From Omnitrophica bacterium RIFCSPLOWO2_12_FULL_50_11 (GTDB lineage Bacteria > Omnitrophota > Omnitrophia > Omnitrophales > Danuiimicrobiaceae), in the NCBI GenBank assembly GCA_001804315.1, contig MHFT01000054.1:28428-84888 (forward strand): a stretch of DNA of 56,461 bases, given 5' to 3'. Positions 9,256 through 17,218 of this stretch are shown piece after piece. The notes under the pieces are model-generated. The model saw only the letters and a program-made list of their open reading frames with translations. It ran no database searches and was not told where the DNA came from. Numbering within the stretch: position 1 is the stretch's first letter; every line of letters starts with the position of its first letter. The position numbers and the translations under genes are program-made.

Positions 9256-10014
9256 TCAATCTATCCGAAACGTGAAGGCCGAATCGACCCGCTTCAGTTC
9301 CTTGACAATTTCCATGAGCCGCTCACGGGCTTCAGGCGATTTGGTTCTCTTCCATTCACAATAACAATCCAAAAACCGGTCACGAGTTTCTGTCACAAAC
9401 TTATCCCGTTCGTACTTCTTAAGTGCAGCGCAAAATTTCACAAAATCGTCGTCGCGGAAATGATTGGCAAAATGAAAAAATTCCTTTCGTGCGAAACGAA
9501 GAACCGCCTGATAACGTGAAAACCGATGCGCCAGTTTTCCAAGGACCGACCCGATCGCCGTTTGTCTCCTATAAATCCGCTGATTGTAATCAGCGGCTTG
9601 GCGATAATAATTCTGTCCCATACTCGCGTATTGCTCATTCGATTTCCCGTAGAGATGTTTCCCAGCTTCTAAATCCTGGAAAATACCAAGGTGAACCAAC
9701 AGGTGATCCGCGTTCACCTTGTATATGAAATATCGGACGATCCGGTCATCATTGCGTTCTACAAGCTCCGTCAATTCGCTGATATTGGTACTCAGGTAGC
9801 GTTCGATCGCTTTTTGATAATCAGGCAGAGACGCGGCAAACAATAGGTGAGCAAGATAAATATTGACGTCTTCGTCAAACTCAGCTTGATTTGAAACCGA
9901 CAGCTCACAAGCGCGCTTGGACTTCAACAAGGCGTCCAAAAGGAAGGCAATCGCGGAATCGCGTTCCTGCTTCGGAATATCGAAGTATAGATATTTGTTG
10001 GCATTGTCCATCAT
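9256..10014 (-). CDS. Hypothetical 252-aa protein (no family recognised)
   Basis: A long ORF of ordinary, helix-rich composition. Its C-terminus DRFLDCYCEWKRTKSPEARERLMEIVKELKRVDSAFTFRID is shared with the two downstream small ORFs. Confidence 0.7.
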   Translation of the reverse strand: MMDNANKYLYFDIPKQERDSAIAFLLDALLKSKRACELSVSNQAEFDEDVNIYLAHLLFAASLPDYQKAIERYLSTNISELTELVERNDDRIVRYFIYKVNADHLLVHLGIFQDLEAGKHLYGKSNEQYASMGQNYYRQAADYNQRIYRRQTAIGSVLGKLAHRFSRYQAVLRFARKEFFHFANHFRDDDFVKFCAALKKYERDKFVTETRDRFLDCYCEWKRTKSPEARERLMEIVKELKRVDSAFTFRID

Positions 10015-10233
10015 GGTGCTTACAGAGTTTTTTAAGTTTTATAAACGTCTAAAACCAATGCCCAAAAAAAATACTCTTTCGCACTTTCACTTAAAAGCTA
10101 CCACGGGCTTAACAGAGTGTCAAACGCACGCGTAACTTATTATGTGGATAGGACTTAATAATCCGACTTAAATAGCACTTTGTGCAGATAATAAGGTGAG
10201 GCATCAACGAGTTTTTTAAGGGAGCCCGATGGT

Positions 10234-10257
10234 TCATCCTGAGCGCAGCGATGGATC
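10234..10257. repeat. Short repeat family F4 (TCATCCYGAGCGMAGCGAKGGATC)
   Basis: TCATCCTGAGCGCAGCGATGGATC here matches TCATCCCGAGCGAAGCGAGGGATC at 53751-53774 at 21 of 24 positions. Confidence 0.7.
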
Positions 10258-10279
10258 GAGCGAGATGAGTGGGCGCTTG

Positions 10280-11038
10280 TTATCTTTTAAACATAGGCTG
10301 GACTTCGGCAATGAATCGGGGAGACCTGAGGGCGTAATCTAAATGGTACTTCAGAAAACGCTCTCCAATTCGTTCGAGCTCGCGCTCTGTCAGGCGACCG
10401 ATGCGAAGTTTTACCGCTTCCTGAATCTCGTGGTCTTTGAAAAAAAGGAGACTCCGTAGAGTCCCCTGAGAGATGGGTACCGATCCCGGTTCGCCGCGGT
10501 CGCACAGAGCACAAATAATCCCTCCGTTCCGCGGACTAAAGAAGACTTGCCGAGCCGCGTCAGATCCACAGAGAACACACCGAGTCAAAACGGGTAACCA
10601 ACCCACCTGTTCAAGTATCTTCACCTCAAAAACGCGCGCGACCACCGGCGGTGAACATCGCTCTAAAAGCCGGTATGCGTGAGCCAGCAAATGAAACACT
10701 TCGTCATGAGGATCACCAAAGCCAAATAACGTGTCCACAAGTTCCGTGATGTAACTGGCATAACTCATTCGATCTAACTGCCTCCGCAACGTTGAATAAG
10801 GATCGACAATGCCCACCGAGGAAGCCAAATGCACATCTGATTTGACCTTTTCATAATACACCACGGAGATGTGCGAAAAAGGCTCCAGGACAGCCGCAAG
10901 TGCATTTTTATCCCTTCGCACACCTTTGACCAGGATCTTCATTTTTCCAGCCGTGCGCGAAAATAAAGTGGCGAGGAGTGAGGTCTCACGAAACGGCGAA
11001 CGTTTCAAAACGAACGCTTCCGTAGCAAGAATTGCCAT
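10280..11038 (-). CDS. recO: DNA repair protein RecO
   Basis: The N-terminus MAILATEAFVLKRSPFRETSLLATLFSR.. is OB-fold like, and a CVLCGS...CALC zinc module is present. ATG 11038 sits 1 nt after the ybeY stop. Confidence 0.88.
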   Translation of the reverse strand: MAILATEAFVLKRSPFRETSLLATLFSRTAGKMKILVKGVRRDKNALAAVLEPFSHISVVYYEKVKSDVHLASSVGIVDPYSTLRRQLDRMSYASYITELVDTLFGFGDPHDEVFHLLAHAYRLLERCSPPVVARVFEVKILEQVGWLPVLTRCVLCGSDAARQVFFSPRNGGIICALCDRGEPGSVPISQGTLRSLLFFKDHEIQEAVKLRIGRLTERELERIGERFLKYHLDYALRSPRFIAEVQPMFKR

Positions 11039-11039
11039 G

Positions 11040-11552
11040 TCAGACGATCCTTCGCGTATTGGCAGGAACAAGTCTGAGAAGCTGGTCTTCTGCTCGACGC
11101 ATCCGTTGCTCGCCGTAGCGCGTATGATCCGAATAACCTGATAAATGAAGAATTCCGTGACAAACGTAGCGGGCCAGTTCTTCGCTCATGGAAACTTTCA
11201 AATGCTTGGCCTGAACTCGGGCACGCCGGGGTGAGATGAAGATCTCTCCAAGGAACACGGTTCTCCCCATACGACGGCGTCTCGACACCGTATCTATAGC
11301 CAACCGCGGATCGTCCAATGGGAACGCCAACACATCCGTTGACCATGGATGATTCAAATAACGTTGATTTAACCGCTTCATCTCGTGATCCGAAACAAAC
11401 ACGATACTGACGAGTATCTTGGAATATCCAAGCTTCTTCAAGAACAATTGGGCCAAAGCCGCTACATTTTTTTTTCGGATCCGCTGGCAAGGATTGTGCT
11501 TGGTGACGACAACCTGATTGAGTGCCTCAGCCGCATCGGGCTTACCGGTCAT
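11040..11552 (-). CDS. ybeY: rRNA maturation endoribonuclease YbeY
   Basis: Carries the [12 protein letters not shown] metal-binding motif. Start taken as ATG 11552, which overlaps the phoH stop by 11 nt; 11615 is the alternative. Confidence 0.88.
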   Translation of the reverse strand: MTGKPDAAEALNQVVVTKHNPCQRIRKKNVAALAQLFLKKLGYSKILVSIVFVSDHEMKRLNQRYLNHPWSTDVLAFPLDDPRLAIDTVSRRRRMGRTVFLGEIFISPRRARVQAKHLKVSMSEELARYVCHGILHLSGYSDHTRYGEQRMRRAEDQLLRLVPANTRRIV

Positions 11553-12459
11553 GCTTGTCGTAGGCTTTGATAATTTCTTGAACGAGTGGATGTCGAACGA
11601 CATCCCGTTCATCAAAGTAGGAAAATTGAATCCCTTTTACTTCGTGCAGAATCCGCTGAATTGCGACAAGACCCGAACGCTTTCCCCGAGGTAAATCGAT
11701 CTGGGTAATATCTCCGGTCACGACCGCCCGAGTAGAAAGTCCGAGGCGGGTGAGAAACATTTTCATTTGCTCGTGCGTACAATTCTGGCCTTCGTCCAGG
11801 ATCACAAAACTATCATTTAAGGTTCTGCCGCGCATATACGCAAGCGGCGCCACTTCAATCGTCCCGCGCTGGAGATATCGAGCGGCTTCCTCAAAATCCA
11901 TCATGTCGTACAGCGCATCGTACAAGGGCCGTAGGTAAGGATTAATTTTGGCGTACAAATCGCCTGGTAAGAAACCCAAACTTTCACCCGCTTCTACCGC
12001 CGGTCTCGTCAGGATGAGACGGCCCACTTTCTTCCGCTTCAGCGCGTCAATCGCGGAGGCCATTGCCAAATAGGTTTTTCCCGTTCCAGCCGGTCCAATG
12101 GTGATGACAAGGTCATACGTTTGGATCGCCTTGAGGTACGCTTCTTGATTTTTGCTTTTGGCCTGGATCACCTTGCCTTTCAGAAAAAAGTTCGTAGCGC
12201 TTGGAGTACCCGCCGCATCAGAGGGCGGCCTTGATGGACGTGAGTCAGAACCATTCCCTGATCGGATGCGTTCGAGCTCGCTTTGAAAAAACTCAACTGC
12301 CTGCTCTACGCTCCCTTTCGCACCTGAAACCGTGAGCCTGTAATTTCGAGCCGAGACGCGAACTTTGAATGTCTCCTCTGCATACCGCAATCTTTCATCG
12401 AGGTTGCCATACAGCGCAATGGCTTCTTGATCAGACGCAAGCTTAATCGTTTTTTCCAA
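11542..12459 (-). CDS. phoH: PhoH-family ATPase
   Basis: Has Walker [19 protein letters not shown], and a full PhoH-like C-terminal domain. The start was reassigned to TTG 12459, which is preceded by AGGAGG with a 6-nt spacer. The upstream part of ORF 11542-12666 is translated F1 repeat DNA. Confidence 0.9.
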   Translation of the reverse strand: MEKTIKLASDQEAIALYGNLDERLRYAEETFKVRVSARNYRLTVSGAKGSVEQAVEFFQSELERIRSGNGSDSRPSRPPSDAAGTPSATNFFLKGKVIQAKSKNQEAYLKAIQTYDLVITIGPAGTGKTYLAMASAIDALKRKKVGRLILTRPAVEAGESLGFLPGDLYAKINPYLRPLYDALYDMMDFEEAARYLQRGTIEVAPLAYMRGRTLNDSFVILDEGQNCTHEQMKMFLTRLGLSTRAVVTGDITQIDLPRGKRSGLVAIQRILHEVKGIQFSYFDERDVVRHPLVQEIIKAYDKHDR

Positions 12460-12484
12460 ATAGAACCTCCTACTCCAACCTCCA

Positions 12485-12656
12485 CCGTCATTGCGAGGCA
12501 GCGAGCCAAAGCATGGCCGACTTGTCCGCCGGTAGTGTGGCCGAAGCAATCTAGCAACCGTCATTGCGAGGCCAGCATCCCAAGAATAGGCCGAAGCAAT
12601 CTCTGATCCCAGATTGCTTCGACGTTGCTCTGAAATGCTGTCTCGCAATGAAGACG
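12485..12656. repeat. Second cluster of F1 REP-like units
   Basis: Units lie at 12485-12552 (+, with an internal insertion), 12558-12603 (+) and 12611-12656 (inverted). GAAGCAATCT (12593-12602) and AGATTGCTTC (12611-12620) form a perfect inverted pair. Confidence 0.85.
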
Positions 12657-12682
12657 TAACGTCCAAAGGACGTTACGTCTTC
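12650..12682 (-). terminator. 15-bp hairpin spanning the aspS stop codon
   Basis: GAAGACGTAACGTCC (12650-12664), AAA loop, GGACGTTACGTCTTC (12668-12682). No U-tract follows on the minus strand, so terminator function is uncertain. Confidence 0.35.
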
Positions 12683-14427
12683 ACCTGCAAGAACAGCTCT
12701 TTCAACTGCTCAGGATAGACTTTGGACGGTGCTTCCGTCATCAGGCACGTTCCTTTTTGCGTTTTTGGAAATGCGATGACATCGCGGATCGTATCGACAC
12801 CGAGCAAATTTGCACACAAGCGGTCTAAACCGAGCGCAATCCCCCCGTGGGGCGGAGCGCCGTATCGAAGCGCTTCCAGAAGAAAACCAAACTTTTCCTC
12901 GGCTTCCTGGTCACTGATCCCTAGCACCCCAAACACCTTTTTTTGAACTTCTTCTCGATGAATACGAATACTGCCGCCTCCAATCTCTGTCCCATTCAAA
13001 ATAATATCATATGCGCGGGCACGAACGCGGAGAGGCTCCTTGTCAAGTAGGCCCACATCTGCATCTTGAGGCGCCGTAAAGGGATGGTGAAGCGACTCAA
13101 GCCGCTTTTCCGCTTCACTAAACTCAAACAGAGGAAAATTCACTACCCAGAGGAGAGCAGGATCCTTGGTCTTAACGAGCTTCAAGTCTTTCGCCAGATG
13201 ACTGCGAAGAGCGCCTAAAACAGTAGAAGCCGTTCGCCACTCACCTCCCAAGAGAAAGATCGTGTCGCCGGCCTCGGAACAAAATGCGCGGCGCAACTCG
13301 TCTTGTTCGCTTTCAGCAAGAAACTTCGCAATCGGCGACTCAAAACCCCTTGTCGTAACTTTCAACCAAGCGAGCCCTTGAGCACCAAGTTCTTTCGCCT
13401 TGACGATTAATCCGTCTAACTCTTGACGAGAAAAATCACGGCCTCTTACATTGATCCCTTTGATCATACCTTTCGATGCAATGACGTCCCTAAAAATTTT
13501 AAGCTCACAGCGCTCTAAAATCGAGGTCACGTCAACCAATTCGAGACCAAATCTGATATCTGGCGCATCGGTCCCGTAACGATCTACCGCATCAAGATAA
13601 CTTAGCCTTTGAAGGGGTGGTTTCAAACTCACGCCGCACACCGCTTTTACCACCCGCACAAGAAGACCCTCGATCACGGAAATCACATCGTCTTCTGTCA
13701 CAAAAGACATCTCGACATCAATCTGGGTGTGTTCCGGTTGGCGATCGGCTCGAAGATCCTCATCCCGAAAACAGCGCGCTAATTGAAAATACCGATCCAC
13801 ACCCGAAACCATCAACATCTGTTTAAACAACTGCGGCGACTGGGGGAGCGCGTAGAAAGTGCCCTGACTCAACCGTGACGGCACCAAAAAATCTCGTGCG
13901 CCTTCCGGAGTACTCTTCGTCAAGATTGGAGTTTCGACCTCGATAAAATCGTGTTCCTTAAAATACTCGCGAGCGACTTGGACCACTTGACTCCGAATCT
14001 CCAACCGCCTCAGCATCGACGGCCGCCGCAAATCGAGGTACCGGTATTTCAACCTGATCTCTTCAGACACGTTCGACTCATCAAGAATTTCAAAAGGAGG
14101 TGTCTCCGAAGCGTTTAAGACCTCCATTTCATTTACTCGAACCTCAATCTCGCCCGTATTGAGCTTTGGATTCGCGGTTCCGGCCGGCCGTTTTCCGACA
14201 ACGCCGCCAACCCGAATGACAAACTCTGGACGAAGCTTCTCCGCATCTCGGTGCAGCTGGCGACTCACCTCGGAATCAAACACGAGCTGAGTCTTTCCCC
14301 ACCTGTCCCGCACATCCAAAAAAATCAAATTGCCATGATCACGCCTTGTGTCAATCCACCCACAAAGCGTAACGTGCTTTCCGATGTGCTTCTTTCTCAA
14401 TTCACCGCATGTGTGCGTTCGTAGCAT
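12673..14427 (-). CDS. aspS: Aspartate--tRNA ligase
   Basis: 584 aa, with an N-terminal OB anticodon-binding domain (VTLCGWIDTRRDHGNLIFLDVRD), class II motifs (FRDEDLRADRQPE, GGGSIRIH, GLDRL) and a bacterial insertion domain. Confidence 0.97.
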   Translation of the reverse strand: MLRTHTCGELRKKHIGKHVTLCGWIDTRRDHGNLIFLDVRDRWGKTQLVFDSEVSRQLHRDAEKLRPEFVIRVGGVVGKRPAGTANPKLNTGEIEVRVNEMEVLNASETPPFEILDESNVSEEIRLKYRYLDLRRPSMLRRLEIRSQVVQVAREYFKEHDFIEVETPILTKSTPEGARDFLVPSRLSQGTFYALPQSPQLFKQMLMVSGVDRYFQLARCFRDEDLRADRQPEHTQIDVEMSFVTEDDVISVIEGLLVRVVKAVCGVSLKPPLQRLSYLDAVDRYGTDAPDIRFGLELVDVTSILERCELKIFRDVIASKGMIKGINVRGRDFSRQELDGLIVKAKELGAQGLAWLKVTTRGFESPIAKFLAESEQDELRRAFCSEAGDTIFLLGGEWRTASTVLGALRSHLAKDLKLVKTKDPALLWVVNFPLFEFSEAEKRLESLHHPFTAPQDADVGLLDKEPLRVRARAYDIILNGTEIGGGSIRIHREEVQKKVFGVLGISDQEAEEKFGFLLEALRYGAPPHGGIALGLDRLCANLLGVDTIRDVIAFPKTQKGTCLMTEAPSKVYPEQLKELFLQVKT

Positions 14428-14454
14428 CTACAACCTCGGTTTCAGTTGTATCGA

Positions 14455-15714
14455 TCAAACATCCTTAAAACCTTCAACCAACGCTTCTGGTTTGAGCCGA
14501 TTTTGTACCCCGGTCGCCATGTTCTTGAGGCTCACTTCCCTTGCAGCCCACTCGTCTTCCCCAACAATAATTGTGTACCCAACCTTCATCTTGCTCGCGC
14601 GCTTTAAGTGATTAGAAAGCGAAGTTTGCGAAAAAGAAAAATGTGCGCGTTTCCCCGCCTGAACCAAACCAAGTGCGATCGACCGATAAAAACGGCAACT
14701 TTCTTCGCCGTGTTTCAACGCCGCCACATACACTGTGTCCCCCCAACTTAAATCTGCCAAACAAGTGCCTGCTGCTTTTAAGGCAGTTAATAATCGTTCG
14801 ACGCCAATGGAAAATCCCGCCGCCCCTCGATTTGGCCCTCCCAGGTCTTGAATCAGCGAATCATAACGCCCGCCGGCAAGCACCGCATCCTGTGCCCCCA
14901 ACCCTTCCGCCGTCACTTCAAAAACACAGCCTGAATAATAGTCGAGTCCACGGACGAGCCTATGTTCCACCTCAAGCGGTACTTGGGCCTCGCCGAGGAT
15001 AGAAAGGATCGTGTCGAAATCAGATCGAGCACTTCCCGAAAGCTCTTGCTTCGGAGCCTTTTCGATCAGAGGTTGGCACGATGTTACCTTGCAGTCAAAA
15101 ATTCTGAGGACATTTCGATCAAACCGATATTGGCAATCTTTGCAGAGATTTTGGACGAGCGGCTTAAAATACTGAGTCAGAGTCCGAGTCAGGCGTCGTT
15201 GATCGTCTGCAGAACCTAAATGATTCACCTTCACTTTGAATCGTTTCAGGCCTAACCACTCGAAATAGTTTTTTGCCATGATCACAAGTTCTGCGTCGTT
15301 GGCGGGGGAGCGGGTATTCAAAGTTTCCACACCGATTTGATGGAATTGGCGCCTCCGACCGGCCTGTGGCCGCTCCGCACGAAACATCGCGCCGATGTAA
15401 TAAACATAAAGAGGTTCATCTTCCCTAATCAAATCGTGCTCGAGCACCGCTCGAACCGCTGCCGCCGTAGCCTCCGGCCGAAGAGCAAGGTTTCGGCCGC
15501 CACGATCCTCAAACGTGTACATTTCCTTGTGAACAATTTCACTCGCTTCTCCAATCGAGCGAGTGAACAGTTCCGTGGTCTCTAAAACCGGGGTTCGGAT
15601 CTCACGAAAACCATGCGCTTCAAAAAAAATACGAGAACGCGCCTCCAGCGCTTGCCAGTTTTCGACCTCGGGCGAGTAGAGATCATCCATGCCTTTGACG
15701 CTTTGATATTTCAT
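14455..15714 (-). CDS. hisS: Histidine--tRNA ligase
   Basis: 419 aa. Motifs: GMDDLYSPE, RPEATAA, YYIGAMFRAERPQAGRRRQFHQ, GGRYD. Confidence 0.96.
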   Translation of the reverse strand: MKYQSVKGMDDLYSPEVENWQALEARSRIFFEAHGFREIRTPVLETTELFTRSIGEASEIVHKEMYTFEDRGGRNLALRPEATAAAVRAVLEHDLIREDEPLYVYYIGAMFRAERPQAGRRRQFHQIGVETLNTRSPANDAELVIMAKNYFEWLGLKRFKVKVNHLGSADDQRRLTRTLTQYFKPLVQNLCKDCQYRFDRNVLRIFDCKVTSCQPLIEKAPKQELSGSARSDFDTILSILGEAQVPLEVEHRLVRGLDYYSGCVFEVTAEGLGAQDAVLAGGRYDSLIQDLGGPNRGAAGFSIGVERLLTALKAAGTCLADLSWGDTVYVAALKHGEESCRFYRSIALGLVQAGKRAHFSFSQTSLSNHLKRASKMKVGYTIIVGEDEWAAREVSLKNMATGVQNRLKPEALVEGFKDV

Positions 15715-15746
15715 AGAACTCCGCCGTTTGTTGTCACGGTACGGTT

Positions 15747-15768
15747 AAAAAAGCAATGACGGTTCGCT
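15747..15768 (-). terminator. Weak intrinsic terminator or attenuator candidate between rpsU and hisS
   Basis: The minus strand reads AGCGA-ACCGTCA-TTGCT followed by TTTTT. The stem is only 5 bp and includes one G-T pair. Confidence 0.3.
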
Positions 15769-15836
15769 GTTTCACTGGCAAGCTTGGCGGAATCGTATGA
15801 ATTGTGGAAGGGAATGGGAAGGAAGTAGCTCGAGAC

Positions 15837-16022
15837 TCAGAAGATTCTACGTTTCTTCGCCGTCCGCATCTTACGCCTGCGTTTTTCGCTAGGCTTTTCA
15901 TAATGTTTTCGAGCTTTCAAAACTTTGAGAATGCCCTCGCGTTCAATTTTTTTCTTGAGGCGCTTTAACGCTTTCTCAAGCGGTTCGTGCTCGCCAACGT
16001 CAACCCTGGGCACCAAAATCAC
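15837..16022 (-). CDS. rpsU: 30S ribosomal protein S21
   Basis: A 61-aa, highly basic protein with EKALKRLKKKIEREGILKVLKARKHYEKPSEKRRRK, typical of S21. GTG start. Confidence 0.92.
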   Translation of the reverse strand: MILVPRVDVGEHEPLEKALKRLKKKIEREGILKVLKARKHYEKPSEKRRRKMRTAKKRRIF

Positions 16023-16050
16023 CTTTTCCTTTCCCGATTCAAGCGGCTGT

Positions 16051-16078
16051 ATTATACTGGGATTGGTTCGCTTGTCAA
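16051..16078 (-). promoter_or_regulatory. Perfect consensus sigma70 promoter of rpsU
   Basis: The minus strand reads TTGACA (16078-16073), 17 nt, TATAAT (16056-16051). Confidence 0.75.
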
Positions 16079-16170
16079 GGTGTCAGTAGATGTAGTAGTA
16101 GATGTAACCTTTTCTGCGAGAAGGAGATAGGAGACACAATCCCACAGCAACGCCTCGTCTTAGAACGTCG

Positions 16171-16204
16171 AAGAAGAATTTGTACGCGCGTACAAATTCT
16201 TCTT
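16171..16204. repeat. Perfect 34-bp palindrome
   Basis: AAGAAGAATTTGTACGC|GCGTACAAATTCTTCTT has 17-bp arms, no spacer and no mismatch. Confidence 0.9.
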
Positions 16205-16291
16205 TCATGGCATCGTTACGGTACGTGCCAGGCACATTTTGATTTTGACACCAGAACGAATTGACAGGCACAAATGGATTCATTAGACTAA

Positions 16292-16461
16292 TCCCCCACC
16301 ACTTATCAAATGAGGTATCATTCCACATGAGCCATTCTCATGAGATCAAGTAGAGGGGAATCACCCCCCACCACTTTAAGGAACGTCTCCTAGGACAAAC
16401 CTTAAAGTGGTGGGGGGTCATATAAACTGTTCAAAACATAAAAATTAAAAGTGGTGGGGGA
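16292..16461. repeat. Nested palindromic element, family F2 (CCCCCACCACTT...AAGTGGTGGGGG)
   Basis: The outer arms are TCCCCCACCACTT (16292-16304) and AAGTGGTGGGGGA (16449-16461). The inner complete hairpin is ACCCCCCACCACTTTAAGG (16363-16381), an 18-nt loop, and CCTTAAAGTGGTGGGGGGT (16400-16418). Confidence 0.85.
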
Positions 16462-16471
16462 CTAACGCCCT

Positions 16472-17218
16472 GTGTTCGGTTTCGGAGTTCGATTCCAATC
16501 CTATTTGCGAAGCGCTGCGCGTCTTCTTTATCCGGCCTCCTGCGCAGCTTGCCGCATTCCCTTAGTTTTAGACGAAACCTATTTGTGCATTGCGTGCAGC
16601 AAAAAAATCGAAATGATCAAGCGTCCCGCATGCGTTAAATGTGCACGGCCAATGGCGCCGTACGGAGACCAGCGCTCGGTTTGCGGTCCTTGCCGATCCC
16701 AACGACCTCATTACGATCGGGGCTTTGCTTTTGTCTTATATCAAGAACCAACCCAGACCGTCTTTCACCAGATCAAATACGGAAAGAAACCTTGGCTCCT
16801 CAAGATCTTTGCTCAATTACTTCTCACTTTTTCCAGATCGCCTGAAATCAACGCTTACGATCGCATCGTTCCCGTTCCGCTCCACGTCCAACGCGAGCGG
16901 GAACGCGGATTCAATCAAGCCTTTGTCATTGCTCGAACGCTCGCACGTTTTAATCACAGGAAGCTTCGTATCGATCACCTTCTCATCAAAAAGAAAATGA
17001 CACTTCCGCAAAGCCGCTTGCCGCGTACCGAGCGGCTCAAAAATGTACGTGGCGCATTTTCGATTAAAAAAGCAAGCCGCGTGCGGGGCCAGCACATCCT
17101 TTTAGTCGACGATGTCATCACGACGGGCAGCACCGTCAATGAATGTGCCAAAATTCTAAAAGAAGAGGGCGCAGCACGAGTTGATTTCCTTGCGATCGCG
17201 CGCTCACAAACCTCATGA
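16472..17218 (+). CDS. ComF-family phosphoribosyltransferase-like protein
   Basis: N-terminal Cys pairs (CAACR..CIACS, CVKCARP..CGPC) and a C-terminal PRTase motif ILLVDDVITTGSTVNE. The GTG start is uncertain. Confidence 0.82.
   Translation: MFGFGVRFQSYLRSAARLLYPASCAACRIPLVLDETYLCIACSKKIEMIKRPACVKCARPMAPYGDQRSVCGPCRSQRPHYDRGFAFVLYQEPTQTVFHQIKYGKKPWLLKIFAQLLLTFSRSPEINAYDRIVPVPLHVQRERERGFNQAFVIARTLARFNHRKLRIDHLLIKKKMTLPQSRLPRTERLKNVRGAFSIKKASRVRGQHILLVDDVITTGSTVNECAKILKEEGAARVDFLAIARSQTS

Noticed and set aside
10139-10160. DnaA-box-like 9-mers (CTATCCACA around 10147-10155 on the minus strand; TTATCCACC at 26284-26292)
   Set aside because: They are isolated single near-matches with no clustering and no AT-rich unwinding element, so this is not an origin.
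12460-12666. 69-codon N-terminal extension of the phoH ORF
   Set aside because: It is translated repeat DNA. A strong AGGAGG-N6-TTG start lies at 12459.
16213-16250. Sigma54-type promoter or intrinsic terminator at GTGCCAGGCACATTTTGATTTTG
   Set aside because: The GG/GC spacing does not fit the TGGCAC-N5-TTGC consensus. The GTGCC/GGCAC stem would leave a 1-nt loop, which is sterically impossible.
16083-16328. 81-aa ORF in the rpsU/comF intergenic region
   Set aside because: It spans the 34-bp palindrome and a repeat arm, has no Shine-Dalgarno, and has odd composition (it ends ..GYIYYYIY). It is most likely non-coding.
16484-16496. GGAGTTCGATTCC, which resembles a tRNA T-arm
   Set aside because: The flanking bases do not form the T stem (GGAG versus CCAA), no acceptor or anticodon arms can be drawn, and the sequence lies inside the comF-like coding frame.
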